Below, piece after piece: positions 1 through 8,730 of a stretch of 32,000 nucleotides of DNA. The notes below the pieces were generated by a model, which searched no databases, was not told where the DNA came from, and saw only the letters and a program-made list of their open reading frames with translations. Both the position numbers and the translations under genes were made by a program. Source of the DNA: Desulfocapsa sulfexigens DSM 10523 (lineage in GTDB: Bacteria; Desulfobacterota; Desulfobulbia; Desulfobulbales; Desulfocapsaceae); contig NC_020304.1 of the NCBI RefSeq assembly GCF_000341395.1, positions 2,820,001 to 2,852,000 on the forward strand. The letters are read 5' to 3'. How positions within the stretch are numbered: position 1 is the stretch's first letter; the number at the start of each line of letters is the position of its first letter.

Positions 1-2
1 TC

Positions 3-224
3 AAAAAAAGGTGCGTGGAGGGTACAGGAAAGTCTGTTATTCTTCAGTGTGTGGGCAATTTTTTTGAATTCATCCTCTGATTCTTCGTAGAGACAAAGAC
101 CTTCCAGGCCAATTTCAGGTTGAATGCCATGTTGCAGAAAGAGATCAAGGTAGCGATTCTTTAACTCATACCAGGGGGCATTTACGAAACAGCGTGGGGT
201 GATATGTTTGTATTTTGCTTCCAT
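3..224 (-). CDS. N-terminal fragment of a probable xylose-isomerase-like TIM-barrel (sugar phosphate isomerase/epimerase family) protein; runs off the window edge
   Basis: Not in the ORF track. My translation of the minus strand from ATG (224-222) gives MEAKYKHITPRCFVNAPWYELKNRYLDLFLQHGIQPEIGLEGLCLYEESEDEFKKIAHTLKNNRLSCTLHAPFFD, open to position 3. The ATG lies 1 nt after the stop (226-228) of the upstream gene. The pattern ending in LHAPF-D resembles the AP-endonuclease-2/xylose isomerase TIM-barrel family. The family call is tentative. Confidence 0.45.
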   Translation of the reverse strand, partial: MEAKYKHITPRCFVNAPWYELKNRYLDLFLQHGIQPEIGLEGLCLYEESEDEFKKIAHTLKNNRLSCTLHAPFF

Positions 225-225
225 C

Positions 226-1839
226 TTAACGTTCACTCAGGTATTTGATCATTTGGCTCATACTTAATTTAATGCTCGAAGGTCCGGAGCGAATATAGAA
301 ATCCTCCTGCCTGCCTATGGAAAGGAAGACAGGACGACGAACCCGTTCACATTCAACAATACAAATTGTTTTGTCTTTGATGATGGCAATTTTGAGATGA
401 ATAAATCTGGTGAACTCTGCACCAATATGGGTGTTCAGTAGGTTTTTGAAGTGTAGTCGACACTTGTCTTCATTGTCAAAATTATCTGCCTCTGTGCCAA
501 GAATTGTTCCGGAATCATCCACTCCGATGAGAAGAATCCCCCCATCGCTGTTCATAAATCCGACTACGGTTTTCAGCCATGCTACCTCAATTTCTTTTCC
601 TGGTCTTCCGGAATTCAGGTTGGTTCGCATGGTGGATTTGAACTCAAGAGTGGTGGATTCACCGGCTCTGATGAGTGCTGCGACTTCAGTTTCATAGCTC
701 TGAGTGTTTATATGCTGCTGTGGCAAATCCTTTAACTGATAGCTGTACTTTCGAACAAGAAGGACTGTCATTAGAACAGCAAGTAGAAAAATAGAGCCAA
801 CAAGCAGAGCGAAGCGAATCCACTGCCGATGCAGGTCGGAAAAAATATCATCTGCAGGGATGATCACTGCGACCCAGATATCGGGGTTTGATTCGTGGAG
901 CTGGCTAAAGCCAAGCCACCAGTTTTTTCCGCCATTCCTGATGGAGAGTGGTTGGGTGGTCTGTTGTCTGTTTGTTCTGAGCAGGGTTCCCACTGTACTG
1001 AGAAGTTGTTCTGAAAGACTGACTTCTTCGACAGAGGCGCTAACTATTTTGTTTAATCGGTCTTTTCCTGAACTATTCAAGGGTATTCCTTCTTTGTCGT
1101 AGAGTACAATACGGCCGTTAGGGGTAATCTGAAGGTCTTCCAGAAAGGTCATCAGGCTTTGTGTGGTGAAAGAAACACCTGAGACATGGTTACCGTCCTT
1201 GCTGTTACGTATCTTCCACTGAAGGCTTGCTGTGATGACAGTATCTCCAGTCGTTTTCTGAAGATAGGGTTCTGTCATGAAAAATTTGGTGCTGGAAGGG
1301 GTGAGCATGGCACCCTGGAACCAGTTAGCAGTGGACATGGTGTAGCGTCTTTCGTTTACGGTCTCCTGGCCTTCAATCTTTCCGTCAACAAGGCGGGAGG
1401 TTGTGGCGTTACTTTTGTGGGATTCATCTACAAGCCATTCGTCATTGTGGTGAGAGAGTTGGAAACAGTTTTCGTTTGTATCGGCGATGGATATGGAATG
1501 GATGGTTTGTTGAATTTCCATAAGTGCCTGGAACTGGCTGGCGAGAATCTCAGGAGTCTGCATGTTGAACAGCCCGGCTTCCCCCCATTTTCCCAGTATT
1601 CTTAAAATATTTGTAAGTGGATCTGTATAAGATTGGAAATGTGCTGCGACCAGAAGGTTAGCCTTGCCTATAATAGAGGTTGAAACCTCACGCTGGGTTT
1701 TAACACCCTGGAGCATCACTATGGTGAGAATGGCACCGGATATAACGAAAAGGATAAGCAGGATATCACGAAGAAGACGTCTTTTGATATTTCGTGGACA
1801 TCCCCGTATCAGGCCGGAAAGTGTTGAAAATATAGGCAT
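226..1839 (-). CDS. Membrane sensor protein: N-terminal TM, about 300-aa extracytoplasmic Cache-like (double Cache sized) domain, second TM, C-terminal Schlafen/AlbA_2 (formerly divergent AAA_4) putative nucleic-acid-binding domain
   Basis: 537-aa ORF. TM1 is ILLILFVISGAILTIVML and TM2 is FALLVGSIFLLAVLMTVLLV. The region between them has a Cache-like NWFQGA motif. The C-terminus carries AlbA_2 hallmarks: ESTTLEFKS ... GFMNSDGGILLIGVDDSGTILG. There is no HTH, kinase, GGDEF or other output domain after it. Confidence 0.8.
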   Translation of the reverse strand: MPIFSTLSGLIRGCPRNIKRRLLRDILLILFVISGAILTIVMLQGVKTQREVSTSIIGKANLLVAAHFQSYTDPLTNILRILGKWGEAGLFNMQTPEILASQFQALMEIQQTIHSISIADTNENCFQLSHHNDEWLVDESHKSNATTSRLVDGKIEGQETVNERRYTMSTANWFQGAMLTPSSTKFFMTEPYLQKTTGDTVITASLQWKIRNSKDGNHVSGVSFTTQSLMTFLEDLQITPNGRIVLYDKEGIPLNSSGKDRLNKIVSASVEEVSLSEQLLSTVGTLLRTNRQQTTQPLSIRNGGKNWWLGFSQLHESNPDIWVAVIIPADDIFSDLHRQWIRFALLVGSIFLLAVLMTVLLVRKYSYQLKDLPQQHINTQSYETEVAALIRAGESTTLEFKSTMRTNLNSGRPGKEIEVAWLKTVVGFMNSDGGILLIGVDDSGTILGTEADNFDNEDKCRLHFKNLLNTHIGAEFTRFIHLKIAIIKDKTICIVECERVRRPVFLSIGRQEDFYIRSGPSSIKLSMSQMIKYLSER

Positions 1840-1896
1840 AGTGATTGTTTCGTAAACAAACAGATTGGCAGAGAAAACCTTAACAGGTTCAGGAAA

Positions 1897-3291
1897 CTAT
1901 TCCAGCTCACTGGTGCATAAGCGCAGGGAGATATAGCCAGCGATCCCTGCAAACAGCGATGCCGCAAGAATACCAATTTTTGCATTGAGCAGATGCTGTG
2001 CATTGTCAAATGCCAGGCCTCCAATAAAAATAGACATGGTAAAACCGATTCCTGCCAGCAGGCTGACACTTGCGATCATGGGAAGAGTAACACCATCCGG
2101 TAGTCGACTTAAGCCGATTTTAATTATCAGCCAGGAAAAGAAGGTGATACCTATAAGTTTTCCACCAATAAGTCCGCCAATGACGCCAATGGTCACCGGG
2201 TCTGAAAATGTCGTTCCAAGTGTTGAGAAATCAATGGGTATTCCTGCGTTAGCAAGGGCAAAAATGGGAATAATGAGAAAGGAGACCCATATATGGAGAT
2301 TATGCTCCATTCGTTGTAGCGGGCTTTCAATACAATGAACAAAATTTTCCATGGATTGGAGGAGTTTTTGCTGTTCACTGTTTTGCATAATGTGCCTGTG
2401 GTCCTCCTGAATAGTCTCGAATCTGGTGATTAACTGTCGCATTCGTCTGACAAACGGTATGGCATGACAATGGGAGTTGGCAGGAACGGTGAGGGCTGTT
2501 ATTACACCAGCAAGGGTTGCATGGATGCCCGATTCAAGCATTCCGAGCCACAAAAGCAGACCAAAGATTACATATGGCAGAGGGCGACGGATTCCTGCAA
2601 TGTTTGAAAGGAGGAGCATAACAAAGGCTAAACCTGCAAAGAGTAGTGCAAGGAGGTTTATCTTATCTGTGTAAAAGGCGGCAATGACCAGAACTGCGCC
2701 AAGGTCATCAACGATGGCGAGTGCCAGTAGAAAGCCAACGAGGGATCGTGGAATGCGCGATCCAAGGAGGGCAAGAACTCCCATGGCAAATGCAATATCC
2801 GTGGCCATGGGAACCCCCCAGCCAGCGAGAGCGTCACTGCCACTATTAATTGCAGCATAAATAAGAGCAGGAACAACCATGCCACCAATGGCTGCAGCAA
2901 TTGGCAAAATGGCCTGTTTGCGGTCTGCAAGCTCTCCAACCAGGATTTCCCGTTTGATTTCAAGACCAACCATAAAGAAAAAGAGGGCCATCAGGCCATC
3001 GTTGATCCAGTGCTGCAGAGAGTGGCTTATAGAAAAAAAATCACTGCCAATGGTGAATTTATGATGGAGTACTGCATCGTAAACCGGATACATTGCAGAG
3101 TTGGCTAAAACCAGTGCCCCAACAGTACAGCCCATAAGCAGTAATCCGGAGGACGCTTCCTTATGGACAAAATCTTCAAAGGGGGTGAGCGCCTGTTTAA
3201 AACTCCGTTGTATTGAATTGCCGTTCAAGACCTTTGAAAGGCAATTGGATGTGTCCTCTTCGTTTGAGAAGTGTTGGTCATTATCAGTCAT
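1897..3291 (-). CDS. nhaA: Na+/H+ antiporter NhaA
   Basis: HWINDGLMALFFFMVGLEIKRE and multiple TM segments are typical of NhaA. The ORF is open to 3366, but its first 25 aa (MMVIRFCYFLFW...) look non-native, so I chose the ATG at 3291 (MTDNDQHF...). The start is uncertain (3291 or 3366). Confidence 0.88.
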   Translation of the reverse strand: MTDNDQHFSNEEDTSNCLSKVLNGNSIQRSFKQALTPFEDFVHKEASSGLLLMGCTVGALVLANSAMYPVYDAVLHHKFTIGSDFFSISHSLQHWINDGLMALFFFMVGLEIKREILVGELADRKQAILPIAAAIGGMVVPALIYAAINSGSDALAGWGVPMATDIAFAMGVLALLGSRIPRSLVGFLLALAIVDDLGAVLVIAAFYTDKINLLALLFAGLAFVMLLLSNIAGIRRPLPYVIFGLLLWLGMLESGIHATLAGVITALTVPANSHCHAIPFVRRMRQLITRFETIQEDHRHIMQNSEQQKLLQSMENFVHCIESPLQRMEHNLHIWVSFLIIPIFALANAGIPIDFSTLGTTFSDPVTIGVIGGLIGGKLIGITFFSWLIIKIGLSRLPDGVTLPMIASVSLLAGIGFTMSIFIGGLAFDNAQHLLNAKIGILAASLFAGIAGYISLRLCTSELE

Positions 3292-3550
3292 GGGATCGTT
3301 GCACCTGTCATAAGGGGTATTGGGGTGTGTCCAAAAAAGGAAATAACAGAACCTGATCACCATCAAAACTCAGCTTTGCAACCCGGAGCTGTTTCGTGTC
3401 GATCATATGGGACGCCATAAACCCATCCATGGGAGCTCTACTGCGGACGTCCAGGCCGCAGATGCCCATATAATCGACCCGAAACAACTCCTCCTCATGC
3501 GGGTAGGCTGAGGATTGGTGTGATCAGGTAACAGAATGCTCATTTTCCTG

Positions 3551-4171
3551 TCATGGAGCCTTTTGGCTTGCTGTGAGTATTGTAATCCTTTCTGTGATTT
3601 CATCGGAAAGTTTTGCGAGCCCTCGGCTGAGAGCTTTTGCCAATGCATCAAATCCATCGTTTTCAGGAGGTATCTTGTAAATTGAGATTGTCTGATACAG
3701 CATATCCTTCCCGTTAGAGGCAAGAATCTTCCAGCGAACGGTCACAGAAGCATTACCATCGCTATCTTTTTCAAAATGGAGGAAGTTTGTAACGACTTGC
3801 AGACTATCCGGTTCCAGGGAATCAGGGAAAATATGGATTCCCTCTGCTCCAAACTCAAGACTCAGATTTGTGATAAGGGCAGTCGTCAGCATTTCCTTGA
3901 GATCACCAGCCCATCTGTGCTGTTCCTCGATGGTAAGAGAGTAGCTTGAGTTCTGGGTGACTAATTGTCCCTGGTCAAGAAACGAAGCGATGTGAATCGG
4001 CCCCACGAGTATATTAGTCAGGGGTTTGTCAGGAACGGCTGCTGTTTTCTGGTTAATGGGTCCCAGAGTGTAGTAATAGATGGGAAGTGGCTGTTTTATG
4101 CATCCGCCAGCCCAAAGAAGCAGGGACAGAGCTGACAGGAAAAAAATTCCAGGAACTATTTTATTGTTCAT
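3551..4171 (-). CDS. ABC-type transport auxiliary lipoprotein (PqiC/DUF330-like) of Mce/Mla-type systems
   Basis: Signal peptide with lipobox LLWAGG-C. A YYYTL motif follows directly, and the size (about 200 aa) is typical of the PF03886 family. It lies co-directionally downstream of MlaE/F/D-like genes. Confidence 0.75.
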   Translation of the reverse strand: MNNKIVPGIFFLSALSLLLWAGGCIKQPLPIYYYTLGPINQKTAAVPDKPLTNILVGPIHIASFLDQGQLVTQNSSYSLTIEEQHRWAGDLKEMLTTALITNLSLEFGAEGIHIFPDSLEPDSLQVVTNFLHFEKDSDGNASVTVRWKILASNGKDMLYQTISIYKIPPENDGFDALAKALSRGLAKLSDEITERITILTASQKAP

Positions 4172-4216
4172 ACCAGGTGAAAACTCCGATAATGTATTGT
4201 TGCAAAGAAAGCGTTA

Positions 4217-5665
4217 TCAAGCAGATACTACCCGATTTCTTCCATTCGCCTTTGCTTGATAGAGAGCCCTGTCGGCTTTGCCTATCAGCTTGTCTCTTGT
4301 GTCTTCCGGCTGATATTGTGCCACACCGATACTTACAGTTATAGGAAGTGTTTGATTCTGAGAGGAAGTCGGATTGTTTATTACTGCAAGTCGCAGCTCC
4401 TCTGCCATATTCGATGCTGTATCCAGAGTACACCCCTTCAGGAGCATGAGAAATTCCTCCCCTCCCCATCTGCATATTATATCTGTTTTCCGCAACCGGG
4501 ACGTAATGAGCCTGGCAAGATTTTTCAGTACAGCATCTCCAGCTAAATGTCCGTATGTGTCGTTGATTTCTTTGAAATGGTCGATGTCGAGTAACAGTAG
4601 CGACAGATTCTCGGGCTTCCGGCTTTGGTCGAGAAGGATAGGATTGACTAACAGATCCAGTGCCTGGCGGTTATAGAGACCGGTTAATTTATCTGTGGTG
4701 GCCATATGTTCGATATCTTCCTGGTAGGATGAAATCACGCGATTAATGATGAATAAAATGATGGTGGTAACAACTGCACAGAATAACAGATTGATAAGAA
4801 GGGTTTGAAGTAATTTGGCTGTTCCTTCCAGTTCACTCTGAATGACCACGAGATACCAGTCAAATTCTTTGATAAACCGGGTGTTCAGAGATATCGGATG
4901 TCCGTCTATTTTGGACTGTAAGGCAACTGTCTCGGTGGAAGTCATTTGAGTCAGAAACTCTTTGCTCTTGAGAAAGATGTTCAGTTGTGCTGTTTGTTGC
5001 TGGCGCTGTTTGTCTGAGGTGTTACTGAGTTTGATGTTTCCCAGGCGGTCAATGAGAAAAATATCTCTGTTATAGGTTTCCTGGTACTGGTCGATGAGTT
5101 TTTGAACTGCATCCACTGCCAACCCAACCCCGGTTGCACCAATAAAATTCCCCTTGTAATCGTGAACTCGATAATTGATAAAAACGGTCATGGTGTCGTT
5201 GTTTGCCTGATCAATGTCCACGTTGATCTCAAAGTCATCTGACATTTTTTGTACTCGAAAATACCAGGAATCACGTTCTTCAGCTTCCTGTACCTGTTTC
5301 ACAAGGCCATCGGGATGATAGTAATTTCGAGTCTGATCAGAGACGAAAAAAGACGTAATGGTGTTGTATGTTTGTTTGATTTCTGTGAGGTATCGTATGA
5401 CAGCATCATGGTTCTGTTCTTCATTGATTACCCAGTCCCGCAAAAAGGTATCTGATGCCATAAGGGAAGAGATAAAGATGGGGCGCAGAAGATCGCGTTG
5501 GATTTCTGAATAAACAGTATCGCTGGTGAGTGGTAATTCACCGTGAGTCATCTGATCTCTGAGAGAGGCTAGTGAGATGAAGTAGCTGGCCAGGCTGGTA
5601 AGCAGGAAACCTACTATCAATAGAATACTTAGAAATGTAATCAGATTTTTTTTATGTTTGAACAT
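4217..5665 (-). CDS. Diguanylate cyclase with periplasmic Cache-type sensor (TM-Cache-TM-GGDEF)
   Basis: N-terminal TM (LITFLSILLIVGFLLTSLASYFI), about 260-aa periplasmic region with Cache-like RDSWYF, and a second TM. The GGDEF domain has an intact GGEEF active site and an RxxD I-site (RKTD) five residues upstream (RKTDIICRWGGEEF). Confidence 0.92.
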   Translation of the reverse strand: MFKHKKNLITFLSILLIVGFLLTSLASYFISLASLRDQMTHGELPLTSDTVYSEIQRDLLRPIFISSLMASDTFLRDWVINEEQNHDAVIRYLTEIKQTYNTITSFFVSDQTRNYYHPDGLVKQVQEAEERDSWYFRVQKMSDDFEINVDIDQANNDTMTVFINYRVHDYKGNFIGATGVGLAVDAVQKLIDQYQETYNRDIFLIDRLGNIKLSNTSDKQRQQQTAQLNIFLKSKEFLTQMTSTETVALQSKIDGHPISLNTRFIKEFDWYLVVIQSELEGTAKLLQTLLINLLFCAVVTTIILFIINRVISSYQEDIEHMATTDKLTGLYNRQALDLLVNPILLDQSRKPENLSLLLLDIDHFKEINDTYGHLAGDAVLKNLARLITSRLRKTDIICRWGGEEFLMLLKGCTLDTASNMAEELRLAVINNPTSSQNQTLPITVSIGVAQYQPEDTRDKLIGKADRALYQAKANGRNRVVSA

Positions 5666-5753
5666 GGAGGTGTAATATCCTGCCTGGTAGGTTTGCGTCA
5701 GGGCAAATACTTCTGGTCACCATAATCGGCTTCTGGGAACGTATGTGTGAATA

Positions 5754-6770
5754 TTACTCATTATGTTCAGCTTTACCAGGGTTTTGCAAACCAAAAATAA
5801 GGGTATCAGGGTTGCGGTGAATGAAATTACTGAGGGTTTCTAGTGATTTAGCTGTCTTTTCCAGCTGCTGCATGGCTTCTGTTAATCGATGGTACAGAGG
5901 TGAGTTGGGGCGGATGGTATTTTCTGCCTGGGCAAGAAGGGCGTCAGCATGCTCAAGTGTTGAGTCGATATGGGTGTTCAGTGATGAGACTACGTTATCC
6001 GCATGACCGGTGAGAGCGTTGAATTGTTCCAACCCGCCATCTATTTTATCGAGAATCGGGGTGACTTCGGTATCCAGTTTTGAAAGAAGTGAATTCAGGC
6101 TCCCAGTAGCAACGAGAAGCTCATCGAGCAACTGCTGGGTTTTTTTCTGGTCCAGGGTTTCGGCAAGACCTGAGCTGAGCTTCTCAAGAGAGGTCAATGT
6201 ACTGTTGAATTTCTGGTACAGTTCACCAAAATTTACGTCACCTATTACCTTTGAAAATTGCTGCATTTCGGAGGGGAGGGTGGGAATTTCAAAATATTCT
6301 CCCGTCTTATCCTGATACACGGCAACACTGTTTTCATAAAAGCCAAGATCTATATAGCGTTTCCCGGTGACAACACTTTTAAGCCTGAGTTTTGCTCTGA
6401 GCCCCTGCTTGCACATTGCCTCCATAAATGTGTTGATATCACCTTTGCTGTTTTCTCCATGGTCCTCAATGATCAGGGAAGAGTCAGCGTTCAGTGAAAT
6501 AAGAACAGGTATGATGATATCCTGGCTTTTTTCTCCATTGGCACGGATATGGATGTTGATATTCTTCACCTGGCCTATGGTGACCCCACGATAAGTAACG
6601 TCAGCTCCAATACTCAGTCCGTCAAGTGAGCCTTCAAAATACGTAATCATTAAATTTTCTCTGGCAAAAAATTTATTGCCGCCAAAAATAACAATGGCAG
6701 TCATAAAAAGAACAAGAGAGAGGATGACGAATATACCTATCATTACTGGTTGAATGCTTTTGTTTGGCAT
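5754..6770 (-). CDS. MlaD/MCE-domain substrate-binding protein of an Mla/Mce-type ABC transporter
   Basis: N-terminal TM anchor, an MCE-domain-like segment (GLSIGADVTYRGVTIGQVKNI), and a long helical C-terminal region. It is adjacent to MlaF- and MlaE-like genes. Confidence 0.85.
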   Translation of the reverse strand: MPNKSIQPVMIGIFVILSLVLFMTAIVIFGGNKFFARENLMITYFEGSLDGLSIGADVTYRGVTIGQVKNINIHIRANGEKSQDIIIPVLISLNADSSLIIEDHGENSKGDINTFMEAMCKQGLRAKLRLKSVVTGKRYIDLGFYENSVAVYQDKTGEYFEIPTLPSEMQQFSKVIGDVNFGELYQKFNSTLTSLEKLSSGLAETLDQKKTQQLLDELLVATGSLNSLLSKLDTEVTPILDKIDGGLEQFNALTGHADNVVSSLNTHIDSTLEHADALLAQAENTIRPNSPLYHRLTEAMQQLEKTAKSLETLSNFIHRNPDTLIFGLQNPGKAEHNE

Positions 6771-6783
6771 AACTGTGTGTTGT

Positions 6784-7554
6784 TCAGGGGGGATCAGTTA
6801 AGGATAGAGTTCGGCTCAAAAATTGCCGTACTTTTATATTGTTACTTTCTTTAGCAAGAATTCCGGGGTTACCGGTTGCGAGCATTGTGCGTGTCTCTGT
6901 GTCAAGGAAGACTGAATCATCGGCGAGTGCAAAAATTGATGGCAATTCATGGGTGACGATAATGATGGTGGCTCCCAGGCTGTCGCGGATTTCCAGGATA
7001 AGGTCATCCAGCATCTTTGAACTGATCGGATCAAGACCTGCTGATGGTTCATCAAAAAAGAGAATTTCGGGATCAAGGGCAATGGCTCTCGCAAGTCCCG
7101 CACGTTTTCTCATTCCTCCACTTATTGAAGATGGTGGATATTTAGCAAAACCTTTCAGGCCGACCAGTGCAAGCTTCAGTTCCACAATCTCTGCAATAAG
7201 TTTAGGGGAAAGGTCTGTGAACTGCTGTAATGGCAGTGCAACGTTCTCACCAACGGTCATGGAACTCCAGAGTGCTCCCGATTGATAGAGAACGCCACAC
7301 CGTTGCATTCGCTGAACCCTGGATTGGTGTGAACTTTTCCAGAAATTTTCTCCTGAAAAGAAAATATCACCCTCTGCTGGACGTTTAAGTCCCGTAAGAT
7401 GTCTTAGGAGTGTGGATTTTCCACATCCTGATCCTCCCATTATTGTAAAAATTGCACCCTTCTTGATACTGAAAGTAAGGTTCTGCTGCAGAATGAAATC
7501 ACCATAGGCCATGGTTAAATTTTGGACTTCAATGATGGCTTTTGAGGGTGTCAT
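6784..7554 (-). CDS. ABC transporter ATP-binding protein (MlaF-like)
   Basis: Walker A GGSGCGKST, ABC signature ISGGMRKRAGLA, Walker B ILFFDEPSAGLD, H-loop VTHEL. Confidence 0.95.
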   Translation of the reverse strand: MTPSKAIIEVQNLTMAYGDFILQQNLTFSIKKGAIFTIMGGSGCGKSTLLRHLTGLKRPAEGDIFFSGENFWKSSHQSRVQRMQRCGVLYQSGALWSSMTVGENVALPLQQFTDLSPKLIAEIVELKLALVGLKGFAKYPPSSISGGMRKRAGLARAIALDPEILFFDEPSAGLDPISSKMLDDLILEIRDSLGATIIIVTHELPSIFALADDSVFLDTETRTMLATGNPGILAKESNNIKVRQFLSRTLSLTDPP

Positions 7555-7560
7555 GTCCGC

Positions 7561-8682
7561 CTAAATCCCAATAACGTTGAAGAAGAAGGTGAAACCGGCA
7601 TCGGTGATCACAATAAGAACAATGGCTGTTACTACGGCAGATGTTGTTGCCTTGCCGACGGCGTCGGCACTGCGTCCACAGTGCATCCCCTTAAGGCAGC
7701 CACAGAAGGCAACCAGGTATCCGAAAACCACGGATTTAATCATTCCAACCAGGAAATGGTTGAGATGAATGGCATTGATGGTCTGTTCGTAATACAAAAC
7801 CGGACTGATATCGAGAGAGAGGCAGCCAATGAAGAAACCACCGAGTATTCCAATAAAGTCGGCACAGATTGCCAGAAGAGGCATCATAATGATAAGGGCA
7901 GTCAATCGTGGCAGCACTAAAAAATCAAGAGGATTGATCCCCATGGTTTGTAGTGCGTCGACCTCCTCATTTACCTGCATGGTGCCAAGTTGGGCAGCAT
8001 AGGAGGCACCCGTTCGACCAGCCATGATGATGGCCGCCATCATTGGTCCCATTTCTCTGGTCATGGCAAGACCGACAAGGTTTGCTACGTAAACGTCAGC
8101 CCCAAACATCTTCAGCTGGACAGCCCCTATAAAGGCCAGGGTGAATCCAACCAAAAATGAAATGAGCGCTACAATTGGAAGAGCTTGAGGACCACAATTG
8201 TAGAGAAAAAAACTCAGATCTTTCTTCAGAAAACGGGCTCGTCCAGTAAAAAAACGAATATAGGATAAAAGGATTTCTCCAGTAAACGATAGCATTTCTA
8301 TGGATTGCTTCCACAGTTCAATAACATGCATGCCGATTTCGGCGAGTATTCCAGGGTTGTTTAATGTGTTATCTGGAGGGGCGAGATTTTTTTTAAGAGT
8401 GAGTTGTAGAAGCTTGCGAACACCGGAAGGCAAGCCTTGTGTATCAACGGGAATGGCATGGTTCTCGGCAATTTCAGTAATACGGGAGAGTTCAACAAGA
8501 AATCTGCTGTCCCACTCAAGCAAGTGCTTGGTATTAAAAGAAATGGCTTTTGTCTGGGGAGTGAAAAACTGGGCGATATCAGGGAGCGCACAGGGTTCAA
8601 CTTGAATGGTCCAAGAACCAAGGAAGGTTAGACAAAGTGTGTTGAAGTTATGCTTTGCCTGCAGGGAGCAATCTGGGGTCAT
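7561..8682 (-). CDS. MlaE-family ABC permease with N-terminal STAS/MlaB-like extension
   Basis: Conserved MlaE core (GPMMAAIIMAGRTGASYAAQLGTMQVNEEVDALQTMGINPLDFLVLPRL), preceded by about 110 aa of soluble STAS-like sequence. Confidence 0.9.
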   Translation of the reverse strand: MTPDCSLQAKHNFNTLCLTFLGSWTIQVEPCALPDIAQFFTPQTKAISFNTKHLLEWDSRFLVELSRITEIAENHAIPVDTQGLPSGVRKLLQLTLKKNLAPPDNTLNNPGILAEIGMHVIELWKQSIEMLSFTGEILLSYIRFFTGRARFLKKDLSFFLYNCGPQALPIVALISFLVGFTLAFIGAVQLKMFGADVYVANLVGLAMTREMGPMMAAIIMAGRTGASYAAQLGTMQVNEEVDALQTMGINPLDFLVLPRLTALIIMMPLLAICADFIGILGGFFIGCLSLDISPVLYYEQTINAIHLNHFLVGMIKSVVFGYLVAFCGCLKGMHCGRSADAVGKATTSAVVTAIVLIVITDAGFTFFFNVIGI

Positions 8683-8730
8683 TGGACTATATCCATCGGA
8701 GTCACTGTCTGTCCTGGGACGAAGCTGTTT

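Noticed and set aside
410-1605. Plus-strand ORFs (410-697, 860-1102, 1186-1605) lying inside the Cache-AlbA_2 gene. Similar antisense or shadow ORFs occur throughout the track, for example 11206-11703, 13937-14485, 16309-16704, 20205-20617, 26215-26712 and 26752-27231.
   Set aside because: Each lies entirely within a CDS that has strong domain motifs on the opposite strand or in another frame. Their translations are compositionally odd (Cys/Arg/Ser-rich), with no recognisable motifs and no SD sequences.
3403-3723. 106-aa minus-strand ORF between nhaA and the PqiC-like gene.
   Set aside because: It overlaps the 3' end of the lipoprotein gene in another frame, and it has no motifs or RBS. The 3292-3550 spacer is more likely the nhaA promoter or leader region.
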